From an uncultured Acidobacteriota bacterium (GTDB taxonomy: Bacteria; Acidobacteriota; Polarisedimenticolia; J045): a stretch of DNA of 64,000 nucleotides. Location: positions 123,118 to 187,117 of the forward strand of contig CAVPCQ010000021.1 of NCBI GenBank assembly GCA_963702425.1. Direction: 5' to 3'. The notes below the pieces were generated by a model that searched no databases, was not told where the DNA came from, and saw only the letters and a program-made list of their open reading frames with translations. This document shows, one piece after another, positions 42,615 to 53,269 of this stretch. A program made the position numbers and the translations under genes. Position 1 is the first letter of the stretch. Every line of letters begins with the position of its first letter.

Positions 42615-45600
42615 CAGTCGGCCCTCCCCTGCGGGTGGCACTGGTAGCAGGCGCGACTCTCGTAGCGGTAGCCTGGCTCCCCGCGGTGGTGGCCGTCCGT
42701 CTCGTTCTTGTCGCTGTGCGGATGGCATCCGAGGCAGTTGAAGTCGGCGTAGTTGTTCGAGTTCGTGTGGCAGTCCGAGCAGCGGGACCACTTGTCACGG
42801 TGCCGTCCGGAGTAGATCGGGAAGTACTGCGCGTCGTGCTCGAAGCGCGCCCCCGGCCACTGGATCGTGGTGTGGCAGAGCATGCAGTCGGTCGGGAAGT
42901 GCGCGGTGCGGTGATTCGGGTCGGTCGTCCGGTCGTAGTCGTCCTGGTGGCAGCTGGCGCACGCCGTGCTCTTGCCGTCGTACACGTTGTCGGAGTGGCA
43001 GGAGCTGCAGGCCAGCGGCACGTGGGAGCCGGTGAGCGGGAAGCTGGTGCGCGAGTGATCGAAGCGGCCGCCGTCCCAGGTCGACGGTGGTGTGGCAGTC
43101 CTGGCACGTCGCCGCGAAGCCCGCCGCGCGGTGGTTCGGGTCGGTCGTGCGGTCGTAGTCGTCCTGGTGGCAGCTGGCGCACGCCGTGCTCTTGCCGTCG
43201 TAGACCCCGTCGGCGTGGCAGGCGCTGCAGGCCAGCGGCACGTGGGCCCCGGTCAGCGGGAAGCCGGTCGACTGGTGGTTGTACGTGGCGCCGCTCCAGC
43301 TCGTGGTCCCGGTGTGGCAGACCGTGCAGTCGGTCGGGAAGCCCGCCTGGCGGTGGTTCGGGTCGGTGGCGCCGTCGTAGTCCTTCCTGTGGCAGCTGTA
43401 GCAGTCGGTCGGCTTGCCGTCGTAGACACCGTCGAAGTGACACTGGCTGCACGACAGGCCGGCGTGGGCGCCCGCCAGCGGGAACTGCGTGGTCCCGTGG
43501 TCGAACGTCGACGGCCGCCAGCCGACGATCGTGTGGCACAGCGTGCAGTCGTTCGGGAAGGCCGCCTGGCGGTGGTTCGGGTCGGTCGTCGCGTTGTAGT
43601 CGTCGGTGTGGCAGCTCTCGCACAGCGTGCTCTTCCCCGCGTACACCCCGTCGCCGTGGCACGCCGCGCAGGAGGGGGACGCGTGACCGCCGGTCAGCGG
43701 GAAGCGCGGCGTGTGCGCGTAGCTCGCACCGGCCCAGGTCGCCGTGGTGTGGCACTGCGTGCACGTGGTCGAGAAGCCCGCCGCGGCGTGTGCGGGATCG
43801 GTCGTCCGCTGGTAGTCGTCGCGGTGGCAGCTGACGCAGTCGGTCGGCTTGCCGTCGTAGACCCCGTCCGAATGGCACTGGCTGCAGGAGAGCCCGACGT
43901 GGGCCCCGGTCAGCGGGAACTGCGAGCGCCCGTGATCGAACGAGGAAGGCCGCCAGCCGACGATCGTGTGGCACAGCGTGCAGTCGTTCGGGAAGGCCGC
44001 CTGGCGGTGGGGCGGGTCGGTCGTCGCGTTGTAGTCGTCCGTGTGGCAGCTCTCGCACAGCGTGCTCTTCCCCGCGTACACCCCGTCGCCGTGGCAGGCC
44101 TGGCAGGAGGGGGACGCGTGACCGCCGGTCAGCGGGAAGCGCGGCGTGTGCGGGAAGCTCGCACCGGCCCAGGTCGCCGTGGTGTGGCACTGGGTGCAGG
44201 TCGTCGAGAAGCCCGCCGCCGCGTGCGCGGGATCGGTCGTCCGCTGGTAGTCGTCGCGGTGGCAGCTGACGCAGTCGGTCGGCTTGCCGTCGTAGACGCC
44301 GTCCGAATGGCACTGGCTGCAGGACAGCCCGACGTGGGCGCCGGTCAGCGGGAACTGCGAGCGCCCGTGGTCGAACGAGGAGGGACGCCAGCCGACGATC
44401 GTGTGGCACAGCGTGCAGTCGTTCGGGAAGGCGGCCTGGCGGTGCGGCGGGTCGGTCGTCGCGTTGTAGTCCGCGTCGTGGCAGCTCTCGCAGCGCGTGC
44501 TCTTCCCGGCGTAGACCCCGTCGCCGTGGCACGCCTGGCAGGACGCCGCGGCGTGCCCGCCGGTCAGCGGGAAGCGCGGCGGTGTGCGCGTAGCTCGCAC
44601 CGGCCCAGGTCGCCGTCGTGTGGCACTGCGTGCAGGTCGTCGAGAAGCCCGCCGCGGGGTGGGCCGGCGTCGTCGTGCGGTCGAAGTCGTCCCGGTGACA
44701 GCTGACGCAGTCGGTCGGCTTGCCGTCGTAGACCCCGTCCGAGTGGCACTGGCTGCAGGACAGCCCGACGTGGGCCCCGGTCAGCGGGAACTGCGAGCGC
44801 CCGTGGTCGAACGAGGAGGGCCGCCAGCCGACGATCGTGTGGCACAGCGTGCAGTCGTTCGGGAAGGCGGCCTGGCGGTGCGGCGGGTCGGTCGTCGCGT
44901 TGTAGTCGCGCGTCGTGGCAGCTCTCGCAGCGCGTGCTCTTCCCGGCGTAGACCCCGTCGCCGTGGCACGACTGGCAGGACGCCGCCGGCGTGCCCCCCG
45001 GTCAGCGGGAAGCGCGGGGTGTGCGCGTAGCTCGCGCCGGCCCAGGTCGCCGTCGTGTGGCACTGCGTGCAGGTCGTCGAGAAGCCCGCCGCGGGGTGGG
45101 CCGGCGAGAGGTGCGCTCGTAGTCGGGACGGTGGCAGGCGTAGCAGTCGGTGCTCTTCCCCTTGTAGACCCCGTCGCCGTGGCACGCCTGGCACGATACC
45201 CCGGCGTGTCCCGCGCTCAGCGGGAAGGTGGACACGTGGGTGAAGCTCGCCCCGGTCCAGCTGACCGTCGTGTGGCACTGCGTGCAGGTCTGCGGGAATC
45301 CGCCGGCCTTGTGCGCCGGATCGGTGGTGGCGTCGAAGTCGCGGCGATGACAGCTGACGCACTCGGTCGACAGGCCGTCGTACTGGCCGCTCGAGTGGCA
45401 CGAGGCGCAGCTCGCCGCGGTGTGCGCGCCGGTCAGCGGGAAGCCGGACTGGGAGTGGTCGAAGGTCGCGGTCTGCCAGAGACCGGTCTGGTGACACTGC
45501 CCGCAGTCGGTCGGGAAGCCGAGGGCGACGTGGTTGGGCGAGGTCGCCGATTCGTAGTCGCTCTGGTGGCACGAGTAGCAGCCGACCGGCGTGTTGACCC

Positions 45601-46114
45601 ACTGCAGCTGGCCCTGGGAGGCCGGCTTGTGGCAGGACTCGCAGTCGGCCGCGATGTGGCGCCCGGTCAGCGAGAAGCGCGTCCGCTCGTGCGCCCTCCC
45701 CATCCCGGTCCGGTCGCGGAAGTTGCGCGTGGTGTGGCACCGCCCGCAGTCGATGCCGAGCTCTCCGAGGTGGATGTCGCGGTGGCAGGAGGCGCACGAC
45801 GGGCTGGCCTGCTTGAATTCCAGCGACCGGTGGCAGTTCCGGCAGCCCGCGGTCTGGTGTCCTCCTTCCAGCGGGAAGCCCGAGATCTTCCGGTGGTCGA
45901 ACTCCTTGGAGATCGAAGCGGGAATCCAGCGGTCGGGGGCGTGGCAGAGCGCGCAGTCCTCGGTGAAGTCGCCGTGCGGATAGGGGGGATCCTCGGCCGG
46001 CTTCTCCTCGGCGCGGGCCGGGCCGCCGAGCGCCAGGAGGGTCGCGACGAGTGCCGGCAGCAGGGCGATGCGATGCCGGCGGATCCGTTTCGGGCCGTGG
46101 GCTGCGATGCTCAT
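42614..46114 (-). CDS. Giant repetitive multiheme cytochrome c (~1165 aa, ~46 CxxCH), reconstructed across ~5 frameshifts
   Basis: Signal peptide PARA|E; triheme modules CxxCH-x11-CxxCH-x20-CxxCH-x26/27 with FDH..(T/S).FPLTG.H. Fragments lie in ORF-track frames 45002, 44781, 42604, 42795 and 42614. Confidence 0.85.
43440..45110. repeat. Intragenic ~435-bp tandem repeat (145-aa hexaheme unit), ~3.5-4 near-identical copies
   Basis: For example GCCGTGGTGTGGCACTG at 43741 recurs at 44176; alternating 73-aa and 72-aa modules. Confidence 0.85.
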
Positions 46115-48256
46115 GAGGTCCCCCTCTCCTCTGCGGGCCGGGGCGGTACCTTGCCGTGGCAGTCCTGGCAGCGTCGCGGAAGCGGGCGGTAGGTGACGAC
46201 CGGGCGGCCGTCGACCTGCTTCACCGGGTGACAGCGCGCGCAGGCGACCTGCGCGTGCTTCCCCGTCAACGGGAAGTTCTTCAACGCGGCGTGATCGAAG
46301 CGCGACGCCGGGCGGAACGAATCGGAGCCGTGACAGGCCTGGCAGGCGCCGCCGTCGCGCCGGTCGTCGAACTGCGTGCCGTGCGGGCCGGCGTGGCAGT
46401 CCCGGCACGCGGCGTGGCGTGCGCGGAACTCCAGCGGGTTGGCGGTGGCGGCGGCGGCGAGCAGGAGGTTCGGCCCCCGCGGCGATTTCCCCAGCTCGGC
46501 GTGACACGTCACGCACGGCACCGCGCGGTGCGCCCCCTCCAGCGGGAACGGGCTCTTCGCGTGGTCGTCCAGGTCGAAGAGGCTGGGCATGATGCCGCCG
46601 TTGCCGTGGCAGTCGGCGCAGCCCCCGGCGCGCGTCCGGTCCCCTTTCGGCCCGAACCGGCCGGCGTGCGGATCGCGGTGACACGACTCGCACGCCCGGT
46701 TCTCGAGGTTCAGCGCGATCTTCGCCGTCCCGAGCGTCTCGGGGCCGGGAAGCGGCGGGAGCATCGGGCGGGCCGGGCCGTGGCACGCGCTGCAGGCCAC
46801 GGCCGCGTGGCGGCCGGCGATCGGGAAGCGCGTCGAGGCGTGCTCGACGGCGCCGAAGCGCGCCGGCTTCCAGCCGCCCGGCGCGTGGCACGCCCCGCAC
46901 TCCCCCTGGTCGCGGCGGGACGCCAGCTGGCCCTTGTGCGCGTCGGCGTGGCAGTCGCGGCAGGCGCCGCTCTTCGGCCGGAGCTGCGCGGACCCCTTGC
47001 CCTGCCGGCGCGTGTGACATTCCGCACACGCCACGCTGCGGTGCTTTCCTTCCAGCGGGTAGCGGGCCGACGCGTGCTGCGCGACGGTGTAGGTCGCCGG
47101 CTTGAAGCCCTCGACGCCGTGGCATGCGGCACAGTCGGCGGGGCGTCCGGCGAGCGTCGCCTGGCCGTCGTGGGCGTCGGCGTGGCACGCCCCGCAGCTG
47201 TCGAAGCGCGGCTTCGCGCCGCCGGCCCGCGGGTCGTGGCACCGCGCGCAGGCGACCGCGACGTGCCGCCCGCGCAGCGGGTAGCGCGTGCGGCCGTGAT
47301 CGAACTGCCCCTCGGCCACGCGCCGGAAGTCGTCGGTGACGTGGCACCGGCTGCACTGCGGGCCCAGCTGGGCCGCGTGCGGGTCGGCGTGGCACGCCGA
47401 GCACTCCGCGTGGGCCAGCGGCTTGAACCGCGGCAGCGGCTGCGCGACGCCGGTGCCGGCGAGCAACGCGCCGGGCGCGGGGGCAGGCGCGGCTTCGCCG
47501 GACGCCGGGTTGGAGGCCGCGGAGCTGCCGGTGACGACCACGCGGGCGCCGTCCACGCGGTGGCACTTCGCGCAGGCCGTATCGCGGTGCTTGCCGGTCA
47601 GCGGGTAGGCGGTCCGCGCGTGATCGAAGCCCGCGGCGGGACGCCAGCCTTCCGTGCCGTGGCAGCGCGCGCAGTCGGTCCCCAGCGTGTTCTCGTGCGG
47701 ATCGCGGTGGCACGCGCCGCAGGCCGCCTCGAGCCCGGTCCAGCCGCGCGACGCGTCCCGCCGCGGGGACAGGCGCTGCGCCTCCGAGACGCGGAACGCC
47801 GCCTTGTGACAGGCGTCGCAGCGCTGCGCGGCGTGCTTGCCGGCGAGCGGCCAGCCGGCGCGGCGGTGGTCGAACTTCTCCGCGCTCCCCTCGTCCCACT
47901 GGATCAGCGCGAAGTCGGCCCCGGCGTGCTCGGGGTGGCAGGACGCGCAGTCCTTCCCCTCGACCTTCGCGTGCAGCCCCCGGTCGCGAGCCGCGAGCCA
48001 GGCGATCTCCTTGTGGCAGGCAAGGCACTGCGGCGTCACCCCGCCCTTGCCGCTCGCGTGGCACTGCGAGGCACTTGAGCGAGGCGTCGAGGGACGCGTG
48101 GGCGCGCGAGAGCGGCCCCGGCGAGACCTGGGCGAACGCCGGGCCCGCGCCGGCGGCCATGATCCACACGGTCGCGAGCGACGCCACGAGCGCCGCACTA
48201 CGGCCGCGACCGTCCGCCCGCCCCGCTGGGTCCGCCACCCGGCGCGCGCTACGCAA
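46111..48256 (-). CDS. Multiheme cytochrome c (~23 CxxCH), one frameshift near 48070
   Basis: Signal peptide PAFA|QVSPGPLS.AH; 22 intact CxxCH plus one restored by removing a single base; FDH...PL.G.H modules. Start codon uncertain. Confidence 0.85.
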
Positions 48257-49720
48257 CGGCGGCCTCGCCGGCTTCCGGCAGCGGCACGTCCTTCTTCACG
48301 ATCCGCACGCCGAGCCGCTCGAGGAACGCGAAAGGCGGCTCGCCGCCGAGCCGGAGGATCACGAAGTCGTTGGGCAGCAGCTGGCGCGCCCCCTCGTGCT
48401 CCAGCTCGACCGCGTCCTCGCGGATCGCCCGCACCTGGCTCCCCAGCACCAGGCGCAGCCGGCCGTGCGCGACCGCTTCCGCGAGCTTGGCGCGGTTGCG
48501 CTCCTTCGCGCGCTCGAAGCTCGCGCCGCGATAGGACAGCGTCACCGCCGTCCCGGGCTGGTTGGCCAGGCCGACCGCCGACTCGATCGCGCTGTCGCCG
48601 CCGCCGACCACGAGCACGCGGGTGCCCTGGAAGGCCTCCATCTCGACGATGTCGTAGAAGACCTTCCCCAGCTCCTCGCCGGGGACCTCGAGACGCCGCG
48701 GGTTGCCGCGCCGCCCCATCGCCAGCACGACGCGCCGGGCGCGCAGCGGGCCGGCCGCGGTGTCGACGACGAAGAGCCCTTCGTCGCGGTGGACGTTCTT
48801 CACCTCGTGCTGCACGCGCACGTCGAGCCCGGTGTTCGAGATGATCGTCTGCCAGACCTCGAGCAGCGTCTCCTTGGAGGCGTCGCTGATCCACAGGTCG
48901 CCGTAGAGCGGGATCGAGAGCGGCTCCGCGAAGAGCAGCTTGTGGCGCGGGTACTTGCGGATCGAGTCGGCCAGCGTGCCGCGCTCGAGCACCGCGCAGG
49001 TGAGGTGCTGGCGCATCGCCTCGAGGCCGGCCGACAGGCCGGCCGGCCCGGAGCCGACGACGATCAGGTCGAGCGCACCGGAGTCTGCCGTCTGCGCGGG
49101 GCGGTCGCACCCGGCGCCCGCGGCCCGCAGCTCGGCCGCGATCGCTTCGGCGGCGATCTTCCCCTCGTTGATCGCGTTCTTGATCAGGCCGCGCCCGCCC
49201 AGCTCGCCCACGATGTAGAGCCCCGGCACGCTGCTCTCGAACCGGCCGCTCAGCGCCGGGACCTCGACGCGGTGCACCGCCGCGCCGCTCGAGAGCACGA
49301 TGCCGCCGACCGGGCAGGCCTCGACGCACTGCCCGTGGCCCTGGCAGATCGAGGTCTCGACGACGGCCAGCTTGCCGTGCAGGCGGATCGCGCCCGGCTC
49401 GGGGCAGGCCGCGACGCAGGTCCCGCAGCCGACGCAGACGTCGGCGCGCACGACCGCGTGCAGGCGCCGGCCGGCGCGCCCGGGCCGTGGGCCGCGTCCT
49501 CCGCGACCTCGCGGGCCGCGACGACCTCGAAGACCTGCTGCGGGACGCCGCAGCCGGGGCAGAAGGTCGCTCCGGGTGGGACGGCCGCGGCGCAGCGCGG
49601 GCACGGCTTCGCGGGCGCAGCCGGGGCCGTCGGCGCGGAGCCGCTCCCGGCCGACGCGCGCAGGTGGCGCCGCACCAGGAAGAGCGTCAGCACGAAGAAC
49701 GCGACGACGGTGAGGATCAT
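48249..49720 (-). CDS. Membrane-anchored zinc-ribbon + 2x[4Fe-4S] ferredoxin + TrxR/YpdA-type FAD/NAD(P)H oxidoreductase, one frameshift near 49480
   Basis: N-terminal TM, CPRC...CPGC, CVGCGTCVAACP, CQGHGQCVEACP, GSGPAG, GGGDSA, SYRG. Confidence 0.85.
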
Positions 49721-49739
49721 CTCCAAGGCGGCCCGCTCC

Positions 49740-50818
49740 TCACCAGAACCAGGTCGCGCCGACCGCGACCACGACCGCGACGTGGATCGCGACCGCGGCG
49801 AAGGCGGAGATCGCGAACGGCTGGTGGGCCGCGTGCCAGAACCGGAAGAGACGGTGGGTCGCGTCGAGCATCCGGGCCTGCTGCGCCAGCGCCATCTCGC
49901 GCCGGGCGAGCGCGAGCACGCGGCGCAGCGCGCGGCGGTCGAGCGCGTTCGGCCGGGCGGTGCGGATCTCCGCGGCGAGGCGCCGCGCCGCGCGCCGGCG
50001 CGCGAAGTCGTCGCGCGCCATCTGCGCGACCGCCGCAGCCAGGCCGAGGCCCGCGGCGTCAGCGGCGGCCGGGGCGAGCATCGTCTCGATGCGCTGCGGG
50101 TCGAGTCCGGTCGCCGCCGCGATCTCCCCGACCAGCTCGCGCCGCCGGCCGGCGGCTTCCTCGCGCGACAGCTCGAGGCCGTCCCTCCGGCGCGGGATGC
50201 GGACGTAGATGTAGCGCCCGATGACGCCGGAGAGCGCGACGACCAGCATCGCGGCATAGCCGAGGCCGATCAGGCCGCGGAATCGCCAGCCCGCGTGGAC
50301 CGCGCCGGCCAGCGGCACGACGATGCCGGCCGCGACGTGCACGTCGAGCCAGCGCGGCACCGAGCCGGTGAAGGCGAGCCAGCGCACGCGCTTGCGCAGC
50401 GGGTAGAGCCACAGGAAGAGGAACAGCGCGAAGGCGAAGATGCCGACCGACTGCCCGACGGTGCCCGAGGGGCGGAGCCAGGGGTGCCAGGCGTGCCGCA
50501 CGCGTCCGGCCTGCGACAGCAGGTAGTAGGGGCTGCCGAGCAGCGTGATGCGGCAGCACGGCGACGGGCAGGTAGGCCAGCCGCGGGTTGGCGGCGGTCT
50601 TCGGGGCCGCGGGAACCACCGTGGCCGGGGCGGGCAGGCGGCGAGTCTGGTGCGGCCGGGCGGGGGGAGGCGTGGCCGGGAAGACGGTCTTCCCGCTGGG
50701 GGGCGTGCGGCGCGATGGGCCGAGGGCCCGCCGGGGGTTGCGACGCGCCGGGGGCCGCGCGGACCGCACGCGCGGCCTCGCCCCCGGACCGGACGACGGT
50801 CCCCTGTGATTCGCTCAT
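49740..50818 (-). CDS. Integral membrane protein with conserved TM histidines (cytochrome b/ferric-reductase-like), two frameshifts near 50585 and 50552
   Basis: ATG 50818 after GGGGAG; LYPLRKR, WLDVH, VHAGWRF, SGVIGRYIY, WHAAH.PF, IHV. Length is 3n+2, consistent with two insertions. Confidence 0.72.
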
Positions 50819-50877
50819 TCAGCGGCTCCCCTGCACCTCTTATCGGATCGCACTTAGCATCTTTTAGGCCCACTTAA

Positions 50878-50893
50878 TGCAAGATCCGTGCCC
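50878..50893 (-). promoter_or_regulatory. Sigma54 (RpoN) -24/-12 promoter
   Basis: Minus strand GGGCACG-GATC-TTGCA versus consensus TGGCACG-N4-TTGCW; exact GG-N10-GC spacing; 60 nt upstream of the first gene; AT-richer context. Confidence 0.8.
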
Positions 50894-51226
50894 TCTAACC
50901 TATGGAAATTGAGGCACTTGGGGCCCTTCCTCTTACGATTCCGAATTCCGCCGCCCGATTACGCACACGATCTAGCCTGCAAGTAATCTCGACCGAGAGC
51001 GCCGCGCGTGGCGCCTGCTGCCCGAGCCGCACCCGTTGGCGGTCCGGGGCCCCGCCGGTTCCCCCCGCCGCCGGAAGCGCTCCCGCGAACCGCTCCCGCC
51101 CCCGACATACAATTTCACGAGTTGTTCTTTGTAAGCAGGATGCGGCGTCGTCATCCGACATACATCGGAACTTCCTCACGCTCGCCGATCGACGAGCGTA
51201 CCCTTCCGTCGAATCGGGAGGTGGCC

Positions 51227-52330
51227 ATGCGCTGCGCGGGGCTGGGGTGGAGTTGTCTCGTCGTGGTCTCCGGGGCGTTGATGTTGGTCGCGGGAGGTCT
51301 CGCCCGCGCCGGGAGCCTCGAGCCGCCGGGGCCGCCGGCTCCGACGATGAAGACGCTGCTCGAAGTCGAGCCGCGCGTCCCGGTCCAGTCCCTGACCGGC
51401 TCGAGCGTCGCGCTGTACGAGATCACCGAGCCGGGCTCGTACTACCTGGTCGACAACATCGTCGGCGGGCCCGGCATGACCGCGATCGCCATCCTCTCCA
51501 GCAACGTCGTGCTGGACCTGAACGGCTACGCGCTGATCGGAACACCGGACTCGGACACCGGGATCAACTTCATGGGCGGGCTCCAGAACTGCGTCGTGAT
51601 GAACGGGACCATCCGCGGCTGGCCCGTGAACAGCATCTTCGGCGTCAACTGCCAGGCCTGCCAGGTGCTGGACGTCCGGTCCGAGGACAGCGGCTCGCGC
51701 ATCAGCACGATCTCGGTCTGGATGGGCTTCCGCAGCCTGATCGACGGCGTGACGGTCCGCGGCAACCCGAACGGCCCGGGCGTCCAGGTCGAGGGGCTGA
51801 GCCACGTCCGGTCCACCACGGTGACGGCGAGCCTGGTCGGGTTCGTACTGAACGGCGAGAGCTGCAGCATCACGGAATCGGTTTCGACCGGAAACGCGGG
51901 TGCCGGGATCCAGGTCAACGGCAGCGGGCTGGTCTCTCACTGCGTCTCGAACAGCAACGTCGAGGGGGTGACGGTCTCCGGTGACGTGATGGTGGCGGAC
52001 AACGTGATGTTCAGCAATGAGCATGGCGTGCGCGTCACCGGCAGCAACAACCGCGTCGAGGGGAACCTCGTCACGACCTGGGACACCGGGATCGAGATCG
52101 AGGCGGGAGCGAGCGGGAACACGGTGCAGCGCAACCTGGTCGGCTGCGCCGGAAGCGGCACCGGGATCCAGGCCCAGGAGAACTCCCGCAACCTCGTCGT
52201 CGCCAACTCGGTCTCGGCCTGCACCACCCCCTACGACCTCGACCCCGCCAACGCGGTCGGCGAGATCCTCGACTTCACCGCCGGAGGCATCGTCACCTCC
52301 GGCAACCCGTACGCCAACTTCCGCTTCTGA
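51227..52330 (+). CDS. Secreted right-handed beta-helix protein (paralog A)
   Basis: RBS GGAGG; signal peptide; GSLEPPGPPAPTMKTLLEVEPR; PGSYYL, LDLNGY, N..GI repeats. Confidence 0.82.
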   Translation: MRCAGLGWSCLVVVSGALMLVAGGLARAGSLEPPGPPAPTMKTLLEVEPRVPVQSLTGSSVALYEITEPGSYYLVDNIVGGPGMTAIAILSSNVVLDLNGYALIGTPDSDTGINFMGGLQNCVVMNGTIRGWPVNSIFGVNCQACQVLDVRSEDSGSRISTISVWMGFRSLIDGVTVRGNPNGPGVQVEGLSHVRSTTVTASLVGFVLNGESCSITESVSTGNAGAGIQVNGSGLVSHCVSNSNVEGVTVSGDVMVADNVMFSNEHGVRVTGSNNRVEGNLVTTWDTGIEIEAGASGNTVQRNLVGCAGSGTGIQAQENSRNLVVANSVSACTTPYDLDPANAVGEILDFTAGGIVTSGNPYANFRF

Positions 52331-52351
52331 CGCGGACTCGCGGGAGGAACG

Positions 52352-53248
52352 ATGAGCGAGCGCACCGGAACGGAGGGAGGGAAGGCCCGGGGCCGGCCGC
52401 GGCCGGTCGCCGGGCTCGCGCTGGTGACGTGCGTCGCCGCCGCGGCGTGGCTCGCCGCGGCCCCGGCGAGCGCGCAGTCCAACATCGATCCCGGGGACGC
52501 CGGGCTCCGCTACGCCTGGAGCGAGAACACGGGCTGGCTCAATGCCCGGCCGCTGGGCGCGGCCGGGCCCGGAGTTCTCGTCTCCGACTTCGCGTTGACC
52601 GGCTGGCTCTGGGCCGAGAATGTCGGCTGGATCAACCTGTCGTGCCGGAACCGCGGGACCTGTGCGGCCGCGCCCTACGGCGTGGTCAACGACGGGCAGG
52701 GCCACCTCTCCGGTTTCGCCTGGGGCGAGAACGTCGGCTGGATCGACTTCGGTCCAACCGGTGCCGGCGTGACGATCGATCCCGCGACCGGGGTCTTCTC
52801 CGGGCTGGCCTGGGGCGAGAACGTCGGCTGGATCTCGTTCGCCGGGACGGGTCCCGCACCCTTCGCGATCGAGACGGCGTGGCGCTGCAGCCCGCCCCCG
52901 CCCGCCCCGGCGGGCGTCCCGCGGCTCACGCTGCACGGCGTGGCGGAGGGGACGCGGCTCGATTGGACGGTCCTGCCCGGCGCCACGGCCTACGACGTGG
53001 TGCGCGGCGACCTGCGCACGCTGGCGCTGTCGGGCGGCGACTTCACGTCCGCGGTCACCGGCTGCGACGCGCGCCGGACCGCCGCCTCCACGATGCTGAC
53101 GACGCTCACTCCCTCCCCGGCGGGAGGGTTCTTCTACCTCGTGCGGGGCGCGAACTGCGGCGCCGCCGGCACGTTCGACTCGGGCGGTCCGGGGCAGGTC
53201 GGATCTCGCGACGGCGAGATCGCCGTCTCCCCGAACCGCTGCCCGTAG
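52352..53248 (+). CDS. Secreted protein with W(G/S/A)ENxGW repeats and the same C-terminal domain as 1089..5576
   Basis: Four AW.EN.GW(I/L)-type repeats, Pro linker, YDVVRG...YLVRGANC...NRCP*. Confidence 0.8.
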   Translation: MSERTGTEGGKARGRPRPVAGLALVTCVAAAAWLAAAPASAQSNIDPGDAGLRYAWSENTGWLNARPLGAAGPGVLVSDFALTGWLWAENVGWINLSCRNRGTCAAAPYGVVNDGQGHLSGFAWGENVGWIDFGPTGAGVTIDPATGVFSGLAWGENVGWISFAGTGPAPFAIETAWRCSPPPPAPAGVPRLTLHGVAEGTRLDWTVLPGATAYDVVRGDLRTLALSGGDFTSAVTGCDARRTAASTMLTTLTPSPAGGFFYLVRGANCGAAGTFDSGGPGQVGSRDGEIAVSPNRCP

Positions 53249-53269
53249 CGCACGAAAGGAGAAACGGCC

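Noticed and set aside
43440-45110. Non-coding repeat array or DGR-like template/variable repeats
   Set aside because: The period is a multiple of 3 and encodes heme motifs; no reverse transcriptase in the window and no evident adenine-specific variation.
50819-50873. ORF-track start at 50873 for the membrane protein
   Set aside because: It lies upstream of the predicted sigma54 TSS; ATG 50818 has an RBS and fits a two-insertion reconstruction.
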